A stretch of DNA of 64,000 nt from Octopus sinensis (GCF_006345805.1 NC_043001.1:119908001-119972000), one strand, 5' to 3'. Shown: positions 1 through 13,599, numbered from the stretch's first letter. The notes: generated by a model not told the origin, from the letters alone. Made by a program: numbers and translations.

Positions 1-329
1 TTAAAAAGAGGAATAGCTAAAACGATAATGTCTTTAATCACAGATGTGCCGAACTTGAGATGACCAAGGACGGAACAATGAATTAAAAGAGAGTATTTAC
101 TTTGAAAACACCCAAAATACAGCAACGGAAAAACAAAGCAAACAAGAAGTTAGGAATTAGATACGAAACTCAAACAAAGCTTAGCTCTCCATCTCAGCCG
201 GCAAACGTAGTGCTCTCCCCTTAACGAGCACCTTGTCCTCGAAAAGATTTCAGTCGCGATTTCTTTCAATCCAAAGAGATTCGTCTTTCTGCGCACTTTC
301 ATTCTGATTTCCTTCATTCATGTAAAGCA

Positions 330-525
330 ATGCTGCCTCGCAAAGTGGCTCATAATGTGGGAAATTCTGCAGTATTTCGTACCTCTGACATAGCCATAAC
401 CGAAGATGTCACATTTGAAGGGTTGTTATTGTCGGACGATGTCCTGAAAGGGCTTCAGAATTCGGGGTTCGTCAAACCCTCGCCCATCCAGCTCAAGTCC
501 ATTCCACTGGGAAGATGTGGTTTAG
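330..525 (+). CDS. DDX20: DEAD-box RNA helicase DDX20/Gemin3, coding exon 1 of 10
   Basis: ATG at 330. Encodes FEGLLLS...GFVKPSPIQ (Q motif) and IPLGRCGL. Donor G|GTAAG at 526 (phase 1). RTSDI and GRCGLD match DDX20 orthologues as I recall them. Confidence 0.93.
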
Positions 526-1564
526 GTAAGCTACCAATTCATTTCGTTATTAACTATTTTTCACAGAATACTTGTCAAATATTTCTTTTTCCTATTATAA
601 AGCAGCACAAAAGATTTCCTAAAGGAAGCTGCGTGTTACACGCCTGTCTTCCAGTCACCATAAACAAAAAGACCAGCTTGACGAAGGCAAAATTTGAATG
701 CAAAGTTATCAAGTCTCAAACTAAATCCTATGAAACTTAGTTTATCGCTCATCATCGATTCACCCTACTTTCATCATTTCACGTCCACACGCTGACCTCC
801 GATGAACGGATCCTCATGGTTTTAGTAATTTTTTGTTTGGAATTGGTGCCCTCTGAGCTAAGTCAAAGGACCACATTTATCACTCATACACCTATTTAAA
901 AAAAATAGATAAAAGTCTGTGGGCTTTTTAGAGGAAGAAACGATGGCATTATGGTACATTGGCATTTCCTTTCGTTTTACTTTCATTGTTGAATACTTTT
1001 GTTCTTTAAAGCATAATCAGAACTTAACTGCTCCCTGAATTAAAGAAACATTTAAACCAGTTACTTTTACGAAAAAAGGATCGATGTTTATTAGGTACTT
1101 CCGTGGAAATATTTTCACCCATACTCCCAAGTGGTATCCGACTTTTTAATCTTATTATCGATAAATAATGCTTCTTTTCATTTAATCGGCGAGTTAACTT
1201 ATATTTTGGAACATATTGCTATTTTATACTTACATTGAACTGTAAAAAGAGTACACTATATTTATATAAGCTAACGAAGGAATCTTTCTCATAGTTGCTT
1301 GACAAGCTAGAAATAGCAGCCAAGTCTCCCTCAAATCATATCCTACTATCTTAAAGATAGAAAATTTTATAATGTACATATCCCTAAAAAGTTGTGGTTG
1401 TAATGACTGGAATAGCTTTGTGCGTAAACCTAGACCAGTAAGGTTGACTTGAGGCAAAACAGCAATGCTATGTTCTGATAGATTTTTATGCAAATTTCTA
1501 TTATTTCCTGTATTTAAATATTTCAATTTCAACTTTGATCTTTAATTCTTTTTCTTTTTTTTAG

Positions 1565-1659
1565 ATTTAATTGTCCAAGCCAAAGCTGGAACTGGCAAGA
1601 CGTGTGTTTTCACTGTGGTTGCTTTAGAAGCACTACAGATCAACAGCCCAGCTATCCAG
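1565..1659 (+). CDS. DDX20: DDX20 exon 2 (Walker A / motif I)
   Basis: Polypyrimidine tract + TAG acceptor. Encodes [16 protein letters not shown]. Donor CAG|GTAAAA. Confidence 0.95.
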
Positions 1660-2178
1660 GTAAAAATTAAAAATTACCTGCCCTATTTCAAATTACGCTG
1701 ATTGTAAATTCCTCACTCCATTAACATTTTTGTTGTCATTGTAGATTAAATGTAAACTTTATGGTAGAAATTGCTGCTGTGTTTAAATTTGATATAAGAC
1801 AACCAGAAATCACTTTAGCTTAACTAACTTAGTACAAAGACATAAGAAGATATCTATTTTTTACAGATATCCTAGACCTAGTTTGTTATGAAACAAACCA
1901 AATGTATTTTAATATCTATTTCTTCAATATTTGAGAAATTTCTATAATTTCTTTTTCCTTGTGGTTTGGGTTTGTTTCAATATCAGTTATTTGAATGCTT
2001 ACTTATAATGCTTCTTTACTCATTTTACACAAACTTTTTTTCCACAACAAGCTAGAGGAGGAAGGTCAATGCCTATGGCTCATTTGAGAGCTTCTACATG
2101 TGAATGCTGATACAAAGTTGCCTGCAAACCTGAAGCCTAGCTTAAATCTTTGCAACCAAGTGGACTCTGCTAATGTCA

Positions 2179-2400
2179 CTTAACCCTTACATTACCAACC
2201 TGGCTGAAACCGGCTCTGAGTACAAATGTCTTGTTTTTATAAGTTTTGAATTAAAATCTTCCCCCCATACCTTAGTCACAATTATATTCCTAACACTAGC
2301 TGAATGATAATTAAATTATTTTACTAAATTCTTTGTTATATTTAAAGTAATTGAAAGAAACACAGAGCATCTCATAATAAATACAGTAACGAAAGGGTGA
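2179..2400. mobile_element. piggyBac-like MITE
   Basis: TTAACCCTT...AAGGGT ends. A related inverted copy lies at about 21120-21335. Confidence 0.55.
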
Positions 2401-2610
2401 AGAGCCAAGTGAGGGTGTTAAGCTGCAGTGGACTAAGTTTGCCAGCCCAAGACAGAAATGGGCCTTCTGACAGCTTCCAAACAATTTACTTCAGTTAAAT
2501 TTCACTTACAAGGCTTCCATGAAGTGCAAGGTTATCTAAGAAAACTAAGTGCTGCATAGTGGGATTGAACCTGAAACCATGTAGTTGGGAATCCTGCCTA
2601 TGCCAATAAC

Positions 2611-3480
2611 ATCATCATCATCATAATCGTTTAACGTCCGTTCTCCATGCTAGCATGGGTTGGACGGTTCGACCGGGGATCTGGGAAGCCAGAAGGCTGC
2701 ACCAGGCTCCAGTCTTATCTGGCAATGTTTCTACAGCTGGATGCCCTTCCTAACGCCAACCACTCCGTGAGTGTAGTGGGTGTTATTTACGTGCCACTTG
2801 CACAGGTGCCAGGCGAGGCTGGCAACGGCCACGGTCGGATTGGTGTATTTTATGTGCCACCGGCACGGAAGCCATTAAATTATTATTGTGATGCTGCTGC
2901 ATTAACCCTTTAGCTTTCAGATTACTTTGTCAAATCCAGTGTTTATTTATTCACATTGCTTTATGTTGTAGCTTTGAGATTTCAGTGATTGTTTGTTTTT
3001 AGTCTGACATTGTTGGGTAGGGGTGGATCTTGTGAGTTTGCTTGTAAAACAGGTAGAATATTTTGGGCCAGTTTAAATGTTAAAGGGTTAAACATCTTAT
3101 TATTATCATCATCATCATCATTTAGCACCCCCTTTCCATGCTAGCATGGGTTGGATGGTTCAACTGGGGTCTGGGAAGCCAGGAGGCTGCACCAGGCTCC
3201 AGTCTGATCTGGCAGTGTTTCTACAGCTGGATACCCTTCCTAACGCCAACCACTCCGTGAGTGTAGTGGGTGCTTTTTACGTGCCAGGCAAAGCTGGCAA
3301 CGGCCACGATCGGTTGGTGCTTTTTACGTGCCACCGGCATGGAGGCCAGTCGAGGCGGTGCTGGCAATGGCCACGTTCGGATGGTTCTTTTGCATGCCAC
3401 TGGCACTGGTATCACAACTACAATTTCCATTGATTTTTGATCGATTTCAATTTCACTTGTCTCAACAGGTCTTCGCAAGC
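2611..3480 (-). mobile_element. Two 3'-end fragments of an RTE LINE or partner SINE (about 2611-2872 and 3107-3480)
   Basis: Mutually near-identical, each with a (CAT)n tail. The same sequence forms the 3' end of the RTE fragment at 10088 and recurs inverted at about 17030-17180. Confidence 0.7.
2902..3091. mobile_element. piggyBac-like MITE
   Basis: TTAA-CCCTTT...AAAGGG-TTAA. A related inverted copy lies at about 20822-21048. Confidence 0.6.
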
Positions 3481-3976
3481 AGAGTAGTTAATGTTTATTA
3501 CAAGAAATTATTAACTTCAATTTTATTGAAATTATATTTAACTCAATGAAACACTTGTAAACTTTGAATTGAAGACATAATTGAAAATTTTAATAAATAT
3601 TGTGAAGTTCTCTCAATAAGGTTATTTATATATAAAATGTGAATTTTCAGTTATTCATCTTTAAGGGAGGCAACTCCAGGTAAGTTTAAGTATTAAACTG
3701 ATAAAGCATACTTCACCATGCTTGCTTAGTGATAATGAATTACGAAATAGTTATAAAGTTTTGTATGAATTAGCATGAAAATTAGCATATTTTGTTGATA
3801 AATTTGCAGAGAGAAATTACTCAAAGTATTAGTTTTGTATATTTAAAGCAGTTTGAATTCTCTTGGCATCATAAACTTCAAATGAAGAATTTGTATCCTT
3901 GTTATCTGGTGAGCAAAGTAAAAGTTAGGTGTGAAAGAATTGGTCATCTGCTGTGAGTTAGCGAATGTAGGGCTTT

Positions 3977-4048
<72 letters not shown>

Positions 4049-4054
<6 letters not shown>

Positions 4055-4425
4055 GTCTGGTCAATAAGTATCCGGACTGTCACCATAATAATGAAGCTAA
4101 AGCACGCGGAGCGAAGCCGCCTGGCACAGATTGACATTGAACTCTGCAGTGCATGCGCACTAAGTTTTAATGTTCTAACCCACTTCTGCTGTTTACAATA
4201 GTGCTTGGAAGGAAGGTGCATAGCATGTGATCATTGCATTGACCATGACAGAGAAAGTTGTCATGGCGATACCTGCTCAGAGACCTACGCAAAGTTGCAG
4301 AAAGCGTATGGAGAGGAGTGTGTGAGCCATGCACAAGTGTCCGAGTGGTTCAGACGTTTCCAAGATGGCTGAAAAATGTTGATAGGGACAAACGTTCCAG
4401 GAGACCTGCTACCAGCAGAACAGCA
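4049..4425 (+). mobile_element. mariner 5' fragment (TIR + HTH)
   Basis: Follows (TA)n. Reads TYAKLQKAYGEECVSHAQVSEWFRRFQDG and DKRSRRPATS, a GRP-like motif. Confidence 0.75.
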
Positions 4426-5110
4426 GTTCACCTTTCCTATAGTTTAGAAGTGGACTCCACATAGCTAGTATAATATATACGTATTATTTCACTAGCATCT
4501 ACTAACTAAAATATGTAACAAGGTCAGTTAGTTTTACTAATGAACACATTCCATTCTATTTTTTATAGTTTAGTGTTAAGCAATAGAAAAACATTCTCCA
4601 GTGATGTGAAATACTTCTCTTGTATGAGTGCCATGAAAACTTCACCCAAAACTCTCTGAAGTGGTTGGCAAATGAGCAGAGAATGGATAGGGTTGTGAAG
4701 TCTCTTTAGTCTTGTCTCACTGGAAACTATTTAACCTTTCTAATGTTGATTGCATGAAAAAATGCACTGAGTACACTTTGTTGTAAGTGGTTGTCAATAG
4801 GGAGGGCATATACTTGATGACATACACGAACCTCAGTCTTTGGGAACAGCAGTTCCAAATAAGAAATGACTGGTCTGTCATCACTCACCCAACCCATACC
4901 AGCATTAAAAAAACAGACATAAAATGATGATGACATGCAATTATACAAATATGTAAAATGCTAACAAGTATCAGGAGGATCCCCTTTTTTTTTTGTCGTC
5001 CCAGAACACAGCACCTCTCTTGTTCAGGTACCACAATAACTACATCCTGTAAAGTGATTTGTGTTTGAAATGACATTCAGTTATAGAAATCCTGTCAAAA
5101 ATAAAAAGTA

Positions 5111-5615
5111 CCATAAATCCTCGAGTATAATCCGCATTTTTTCCCCCAAATTTAAAGGTCAAAATCCCTAGTGCGTACTATATATGAGGTTAAAAATGAA
5201 AAATAGTTTCTAAGCAATGTCCGAGTCTCTATTTGTTGTCCGGCTATGTTTATTCAGACGCATTTTGTGATGTCGGGCGCGAAAATACCTTAAGCTAAGC
5301 CTGAAAGCAATGAAGTCATAAAAGAATCATCCATAACTTGCAGTAAGCAACATTTATTAAAATAAAAGTATTCAGAACACAGAATAACATGTATCAAAAT
5401 CAATTTGCAAACATATTTACATTCCCATATAACAGTTAAGAACATCACCATTATTGCATTACGCATCCGCAGAAGTGTTTGTTCGACTAATTGCTGCTGG
5501 CTTAATTATGCACGACTCAAGTTAGAGAAGGGGTTTGTATTATACACAAGGTTTAGGTTTTTCAGAGGTACAGCCCCCTAAAAATCCCCTGCGTATTATA
5601 CTCGAGGATTTGCGA
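5111..5615. mobile_element. pogo/Tigger-like MITE
   Basis: TIRs AAATCCTCGAGTATAA / TTATACTCGAGGATTT, with TA on both flanks. Confidence 0.75.
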
Positions 5616-6026
5616 TATATGCAAGACATCCTCAACTTGTCTAAGAGGGGAAGTAATTGAATAATAACTGACTAGGTTTATGACAACTCATTCAACTCAT
5701 ACCGGTATCAGAAGTAAATGTAAAGCAATGATGTAAGGTACTTACGGTTGAATGTTAGAGACAGCTGATGTTGTATAATTGATATCTTATATTAATACAA
5801 GCTCATTAATAATAGTGGTATAGTCTACTGCAGAACAATTAATCCAACTAATGTCAGTATTCAAAATAATACTTGCAAACATCATCATCATCATCATCAC
5901 GGACGCTAAATGATGATGATGATGATGATGATAACGACTTTGATAATGTTGACAATGTTAATACTAAAACCAAAACAAAATTCCTCATATACAAGGTTTT
6001 TTAAATAATTTTCTTCAAATCTACAG

Positions 6027-6195
6027 GTCCTTGTCTTGGCTCCAACTCGTGAGATTGCATTCCAAATATGGCAGGTGATAACCAGTATTGGTAGCTGTGT
6101 AACTGGCCTCAAGTGTGCCACTTTCATTGGTGGCTTGTCTGTAACTGATGATAAGAATAATCTGAAGATCTGCCATATAGCAGTTGGAACTCCTG
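6027..6195 (+). CDS. DDX20: DDX20 exon 3 (motifs Ia, GG, Ib)
   Basis: CAG acceptor. Encodes [11 protein letters not shown]...FIGG...CHIAVGTPG. Donor GT at 6196. Confidence 0.95.
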
Positions 6196-6607
6196 GTTGG
6201 TAGATTTCGTTTCTTAGATATTGATTTTATTTCTAAATTTGTTTAAATTGATAAAATATAAAATTAAAATATTTTTCATTTCTGAGCAATATTTAAAAGG
6301 GCTGCTTCTTCATTTCAGTCTGTTATAGATATTCTCTACTTGCTGAATAAGATAATATATCTCAGCTAGTATTCTCAGATGATCCTGTTCTCTGTTCCTT
6401 ATGCTGGATGAACTGAGGGGTTTATAATTAAGTGTATGGCTAAAAATTGATAATGAAATGTTTAAGGCTTGTGGTAGACAAAATGGTGGAGATGGAAATA
6501 GGTGAATAGGAGCAGGAGATTTTTGCTTTCTTTCAGTTTACTTTATCTTTTAATTAATTCTAATTTTTCTGTGATATTAAGATCATTATACTTTAACTAT
6601 GTTGTAG

Positions 6608-6719
6608 GAAGAATTAAGTTCTTGATTGAAAAAGGCTACCTGAGAACCAAAAGTATTCGTTTGTTTGTCCTTGATGAAGCTGACCAGTTATTAGATGAAC
6701 AGTTCCAAGCAGACATTAA
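6608..6719 (+). CDS. DDX20: DDX20 exon 4 (DEAD motif II)
   Basis: TAG acceptor. Encodes [11 protein letters not shown]...[13 protein letters not shown]. Donor GTGAG at 6720. Confidence 0.95.
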
Positions 6720-7634
6720 GTGAGCTCAGGTTTTTTTTTATTACATGTTATTTTGCTTGTTTTGTTCTTAGTTGTGACTAAATTTTGGCTAAATATAAAT
6801 GGACACACAAAGCATTTGCAGTTGTAACCAGCATCTTTCTTTTTCTCTCTTCCAATCATTAAAATTCATCAGAAATGAAAAAAAAAAAATGATCTTCCAC
6901 AAAACATTTCAACAACCTCTACTTTAAACTCATTAATACTCAGCCTTTTTTTGTAATTCTTACAACGATCTAAATAATTTTTTCCAGTTCTGTTAATAAG
7001 AATATAAGCACAGGTGTGGTTGTTTGGTTAAGAAGTTCTCTTCCCAACCACATGATTTCAGATTCAGTTCTACCCATAGCACCTTGGGCAACCATCTTCT
7101 ACCATAGCCCAGGGTTGACCAAAACATCATGAGTGAAGTAAGAAGCAGTAAACTATGTGGAAAGCATCTAAGAACCAAGTAAATGATGTGAAACCAGATG
7201 ATGGATAAAGTCTACAAGTTTTCTTTAACTGTTACACTTTTATATTCATGAGGTCAAAAATAAAATAAAAGGTAGACAGGTGGTTGTTAATGGCTTCAAA
7301 GCATTTATAAATAAATTATACAAATGTATTTATAAATATAATAATATAGAAAGCTGGGAAATAATTCACAGTAGATAGATGAATATTAAGATTTCATACA
7401 TGAAAATCACAGAGAAGATTTAAGAGAATTCAAGATAGTCCTTTACAATTATGGGATTTGGTGGTCAGTAGATGCAGCAGTGTTCTTTATGCCTACATAT
7501 ATACATACTAAATTTGGTGTTAGCAAATAAATATGAAATAACATGTTTTCAAATATTTTTGATAACCTCATCTGCATTTTATTTATTTCTTGATAATTTT
7601 CTCTGGTTTTCATTTTTTTTTGTTTTGTTTTTAG

Positions 7635-7777
7635 TTGGATATATTCAGTTTTGCCTGAAAATAAACAGATGCTTGCTCTGTCTGCAACTTATCCGGAGTA
7701 CCTTGCCAAACACTTGATGCATTACATGCGGAACCCTACCTATATCAGACTCAATACATCACACTTGGCTTTGTTAG
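7635..7777 (+). CDS. DDX20: DDX20 exon 5 (motif III SAT)
   Basis: TAG acceptor. Encodes [20 protein letters not shown]...[11 protein letters not shown]. Donor GTAAAT. Confidence 0.95.
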
Positions 7778-9039
7778 GTAAATGGTCCAAAGTTTATCTG
7801 GTCTTAAAAATTTCTAATATTTATTGAATATTTTATATGCTTTATTTTTTGTTTTTGTGCAATTATTTTTTTTATCATTATGAAGACTGGCTTTTCAGTT
7901 TGGTCTAGAGCTTGTTCTTTTACTTTCATCTGAACCCTGATTGAGCAGAATTATAATCAAAAGCATTCCAACCGTGACCAACTATCCTGTCTATACTCAG
8001 AATATCTAAGATCACATGAGCCACAGGAAGAGTTGGTACTTGACCTGCTATTTCTAAAAGTGTAAGTGACTACACAGAGGATCATTTATTGTGTCATAGC
8101 TTGTTTGTTCATTCTTTTAATGTCCATCTTCCTCTGCTAACATGGCTTGGACAAGAATTGATTTGGAGGAGGATTTTAACAGGGGAATGTACCTTTGGTT
8201 GTCAACCCTCACTCATTTTTCAGGATTTATATATTCCACGGAAGGCAAATGGCCTAATGGCTGAGATGTTGTGCTCTCAATCACAAGATCATGGTTTCAA
8301 TTCCTGATCGGGGCAGTGCATTTTGTTCTGAGGCAAAACACTTTATTTCTCATTGCTCCAGTCTACATAGCTATAAATGAGTAACTTTGCAATGGGCAGG
8401 CAACCACTTCAGAAGGGCTGTTGTGATCTCAGTAACTTATATGTCATGGAAACTGGGTAACTGGCCCGATGAGTCCCAGAACTCAAACAGTAATGCCCAT
8501 ATATTCCACTCTTTGAAAACACAATTTTGACTTGGTCATAATGTAAACAAGACCTATCAACATCAATACCACTTTTCTGAAACAATAGCTAATGGAATAT
8601 CAATGTTGATATACGTTTGTATACACAATGTAGAAGTGTTATGGCCTGGTGGATAAGGTTTTGGACTATATGTTCATGAACCATGAGTTCAAATCTACTG
8701 ATATTTTTTGTGCGTGTGAGCAGAATACAATATTCTACCTGTGCCTCAGTTTTCTCCCTATTATTTATAGCTTCAAAGTCATTTATTGATCTGATAATGC
8801 TCTGTCAAAGATTTAATTTTTCTAGTTGTTTTGTGAATGGACTTTTGTTCTGATTTACATGCTGTGTGTCAAAGCTGTGCAACCTTTTCTAAATTAAAGT
8901 CATTATAAATATATCTACCACTTGATGGGAATTTCCATCATACATAACTATTTCATAATAATTTCAGCATGGTAGTATTATTGTTGAAAATAGGGTGTTG
9001 GGTTGGCAGAATCATTAAAGCTTCTGACAAACTATTGTA

Positions 9040-9861
9040 TCATAATCTATAAAAGGCAGATTGTCTCTGTCTGTAACTGTTTGTTTGCTATACGATTGTA
9101 CAATATAGAATTTCTTCAATTGGAATTTAGCTATGATTTTTCGAAGTAGATTTGATTGGGTCATGGCATATAAATTTTTTTCAATTTGTCCCCCAATTAA
9201 GCAAAAATTCGATAAAACTCAATATTTTACAATTTGCCTCTCTCATTTCAACTGGTTTACTCCTTCTATTACCACACTTTCTGCTACTTTCTCTTTGCAA
9301 GTGTATACCACTCTCATATCCTCTTTCTACCACTCTTAAAAATACATTCAACATCACACATTCTGCTAGGAAACAGAAAAAAATAAATACATAACAATTT
9401 ACTCCTCACACACACACATACACGCAAACATATACATATATGACAAACACAAACTTTTCAAACAACTACATACAAACACTCAAACACACATACACACACA
9501 CGTGTGTTTGTTATTAATAAAAAAGGCGCCAAAGACAATTCACTTTCTCATTCGAACACATTTGCAAACACACACCAACAATTCAATTTTATTTCCGTAC
9601 AGACAACATAACACTATCAACCTCATACCACCACAACAACATTTTTCTTTATCCTGTCAAAAACTCATTGAAACTATCCCTTTCACCTACGACCTCAGCT
9701 AGGTCAGCCGAAAGTCAAATCAACAGAGGATCACCGACAAATACATTCATTCGCCGTAAACTTATATCAATATTTGCCTGAATAATCATCATAATTCAGT
9801 GCAATCATTAACAGTACTTTCAAGCAATTCAGCCCCGAGCAACACTGGGCAATTCTGCTAG
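9040..9861 (+). mobile_element. Non-autonomous Helitron inserted into a SINE
   Basis: A|TC start, subterminal CCCGAGCAACACTGGG hairpin, CTAG|T end. Termini are shared with 41043-42068. Confidence 0.7.
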
Positions 9862-10087
9862 TACTATTATAGTCCTTTACATTCTGAGTTCAAATCTTGC
9901 CATGGTCAATTTTGCTTTTCATCACTCTGGAAATAAAGTTCAACCAAGTATTGAGGGTCAGTATAATTGGCAATACTCAGCACCCACCCCCATACTATAC
10001 TGGTCAAAATAACTTGTAGTAAACCAAATGTACTGGAACATTTTTGCTTTTCTGTTTGCTTCAGTTAACTTTGCCCTGCCAAGATTA

Positions 10088-11560
10088 TCATCATTTAACG
10101 TCCACTTTCCATGCTAGCATGGGTTGGACAGTTTGACTAAAAACTGATAAGCTGGGGGGCTGCACCAGATTCCAATCTTTGACAAGGTTTCTATGGCTCG
10201 ATGCCCTTCCTAATGCCAATCACTCTGAGAGTGTAGTAGGTGCCTTTTACATGCCACCGGCATGGCTGCCATTGACCTGACACCAGCATTGGCCACAACT
10301 ATGGTCTCACTTGGCTTGACAGATCAACACAAGCACGGTATATCATCAAAGGTCTTGGTCACCTGTCACTGCCTCCATGAGGCCCAATGCTTGAATGATG
10401 CTTTTTATGTGCCACCAGCACAGGTGCTAGTCAGATGGCACTGGCATCAGTCACAACTAGAATCTCACGCAGTTCAACAGGTCATCACATGCACAGCATA
10501 TTGCCCAACGATTGAAGGGTGCTTTTAACGGGCCAGTTCCATGACACTGACATTGGCCATGACTACAATCTCCCTCAGCTTGGTGTCACTGTCTCCATGA
10601 GGCCCAACACATGAACTGTGTGTTTTATGTGCCACTGGCATGGGTGCCACTCAGATGGCACTTGCATCATCCACAGCTATGATTTCACTTAGTTTGACAC
10701 GTCTTCACAAGCATGTTGCTTAACGATTGAAGGGTGCTTTTAAAGGACCAGTTAAATGACACTGGCACCAGCCACAACTACAATCTCACTTGGCTTGACA
10801 GGTTTTCTCAAACAAGGCATATGTCCAAAAGTCTCGGTCACTTGTCTCTGTGAGGCCCAACAATCAAAGATCGTGCTTCACCACCTCATCCCATATCTTC
10901 CTAGGTTTACTTCTTCCACAGGTTCCCTCTACCATTAGAGTGCAACACTTCTTCACACAGCTGTCCTCATCCATAACCATCACATGACCATACCAATGCA
11001 GTTGTATCTTTTGCACACCACATCTGATGCTTCTTATGTTCAACTTTTCTCCCAGGATGCTTACACTCTGTCGCACATGCACACTGATATTACACATCAA
11101 GCAGAGCATACTAGCTTCATTTCTTACAAGCCTGTGCATAACCTCAGCAGTCACAACCTATGTTTCACTGCCATGTAGCATGGCTTTTTGCACACAGTCG
11201 TCATACAGTCTGCCTTTCACTCTGACCAAGAAACCCTTTATTACCAACAGAGATAGAAGCTCTATGAACTTTGCCCTGCCTATTCTTGTTCTAGCAGCTA
11301 TGCTCTCAGAGCATCCATCCCTGCTACTGACTTGGTCACCTAAGTAACAGAAGCTGGCATGTGATGGAATCTATTTTCTGTACGTTTTTTGTGTTTATTG
11401 TACCTGAGCACCTTCCTTACACAAAGTCTATCTTCCCTGTTAACCTTCTTCTGATATTGCTGCACCTCTTGTGTCCAAAGCTTACACCAGGTACATCTTA
11501 CGGAGTTTCTACCTATGCCTTTTCTACAGCTCAAGCAGGGCTATCTAACTAAAGGGATTT
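10088..11560 (-). mobile_element. RTE-clade LINE 3' fragment with repetitive 3' UTR
   Basis: WYGHVMVMDEDSCVKKC..VEGTCGRSKPRKIWDEVVKHDL C-terminus and a CTWCKLW insert. Frameshifted. Confidence 0.85.
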
Positions 11561-11691
11561 GCGATTTGTTTGCCTTTCTGCTCACTGGTTAAATAAAACT
11601 CGTATAAACTATTATGATTTATTTATTCTTACTCTTTTGCACAGCCTTATTAATATTATACATCTTGGACATAAATTGTTTTTGTTTTTAG

Positions 11692-11830
11692 GTATCAAAC
11701 AATATTATTTGAAGATCCCCTACCACCCACTTGTGCAAAAAGTTGCTGAGTATAGTGCAAAAGCAGCTATTAAGATTCTCTCTTCAGTAGTGTTTAACCA
11801 GTGTCTTGTATTCTCAAACCTTCAATCTGG
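11692..11830 (+). CDS. DDX20: DDX20 exon 6 (motif IV)
   Basis: TAG acceptor. Encodes GIKQYY...FNQCLVFSNLQS. Donor GTAAGT. Confidence 0.93.
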
Positions 11831-11984
11831 GTAAGTTTCCATGTTTTATAATATTCAAAGAATTTTGTTTTCCTCTTGAAATTTTTCTACAAAAATCAAC
11901 TACTGAGATAATGGTTATTCTTTGGATTAAGCTTAATTGATCTTCAAAAGTAAAATCTTTATTCTAAGACATTAACACAAGCTA

Positions 11985-12247
11985 GAAATCTTGGCCAATG
12001 TGGGCAAGAAATCTTGAGTCTGGTTGACCTGTATAGGTGAAGAATCTTGGCTCTAGTCAGCTGGTATGGTCAACAAATGCTGGTTTTGGTCAATCAATGT
12101 TGGCTACAAATCTTGATTGTGTTTGGTTATTGTAATTGAAGAAGATTAGTTCTGGTAATGGGCATAAAATCTTGACTCTAGTTGGCCATTGTGGGAAAAG
12201 AATCTCAGCTTTGGTTGGCCAATGTGGGTAGGAAAGTTTGGCTCTAG
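11985..12247. repeat. Degenerate minisatellite with a unit of about 33 bp
   Basis: Recurrent AATCTTGGCTCTAGTTGGCCAATGTGGG-like units. Confidence 0.7.
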
Positions 12248-12593
12248 AATATTCCATTTAGTGTTGTTGGCTATCAAGTGAAAGAAAATTTTAATATTGT
12301 TTATTTAATTCAAATATCAACAAACAACTATATCATTCTTTACACAATGTTAATGATTATTTTGTAAAACAACTAAATTTTCACTTGGAACCATTTGCTA
12401 ATTTCCTTTACAACATGCTTTACGATATCATAACATTACTTTTCTTTCTCAATCTGAGAGATTTTATACCAAGTAAAATAAAACAGGTACTTCTAGCTGG
12501 GACATATGCTATTAACATTAGTTTTATGCCATTTATAATTGCATTATTCTACTAAAATGACTTGTTTATACGTTTTTCTTTTTAATTCTGCAG

Positions 12594-12735
12594 CGCTCAG
12601 AGTTTGGCAGTTCAACTGGAAGAACAAGGTTGGCCAACTTGCTGTATTGCTGGTTCTTTAGATCAGAAAGAACGTAATGAAGCAATGGCTAGTTTGAAAT
12701 CATTCCAGTGCCGTGTTTTAGTCTCAACTGATTTG
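12594..12735 (+). CDS. DDX20: DDX20 exon 7 (QxxR, start of motif V)
   Basis: CAG acceptor. Encodes AQSLAVQLEEQGWP...LDQKERNEAM...CRVLVSTDL. Donor GTAAGG. Confidence 0.94.
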
Positions 12736-13599
12736 GTAAGGATTAATTTCATATCACTCTTTTCATGCTCTCCTCTTAAAAAGACAATTCCATTTTAGTT
12801 TGACTTTTACAAAGTTCTGCTGGATTAAGTCTCAGTATATCATTGCAAGCCTACCTGTCCATGCTGGCCAAATGTATGTTGGAAGGAATATCTCTTTGGT
12901 TTGGTGATTAGCTTTAGCCATTGTTATCTAAGAATTTGAACTAAGAACATAGACATCCAGAACATACTGCATTGCTTCTTATCCAAGTGTCTAATAATTC
13001 TGGCAGTCTGCCGTCCTTCACTGATAACTTATCAATCCCAAAATATAAGAATGCAGTGCTGCAACAAATACTGTGAAGTAGTTTACCCGACACTTTAACG
13101 TCTGTGCTCATTCTCTTCCTAAATAAAGAGAATGTCTCTTTTCACTTTATTATATTTATAAGGCAGCAAGTTGGTAGAATTGTTAGCATACTGGACAAAA
13201 TTCTTAGCAGCATTTCACCTGGCTTTACGTTCTGAGTTCAAATTCCACCAATGTCAACTTTCATCATTTTGGGGTTAATAAAATAAGTACCAGTTAAGCC
13301 CTGGGGTCAATATAATTGACTTCCCCACCCTCTCAAAATTACTGACTTTGTGCCAAAATAAGAAAGGGTTATTATTATTTATGAAGTAGTGAGTTGTAGA
13401 AATGGCTGTAAAAGCTTTAGAATATTTCTGTTGAATTTTAGGCAGTGGATTGGCAGAGTTGTTAGAGTAGAAGATAGAATGCCTTGTGGTAGTTATTCCG
13501 ACTCTACACCAAGTTCAAATCTTGCTATGATCAACTTTGTCTTTCATTCATTCAGAGTTGATTAAAAAAGGGACTAATCTAGAAATATGGATTGGTGGA

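Noticed and set aside
1-329. Possible bidirectional promoter or divergent first exon
   Set aside because: Slightly CpG-richer with a possible - strand donor near 100, but nothing can be supported at the window edge.
526-740. C-terminal half of the 136-aa ORF 330-740
   Set aside because: Read-through into intron 1. Helicase similarity stops at the GTAAG donor and resumes at 1565.
10240-10860. Recurring GTGCCACC/GTGCTTTT motifs with variable spacers, superficially CRISPR-like
   Set aside because: Irregular, degenerate internal repeats of the RTE 3' UTR. The context is eukaryotic with no cas genes.
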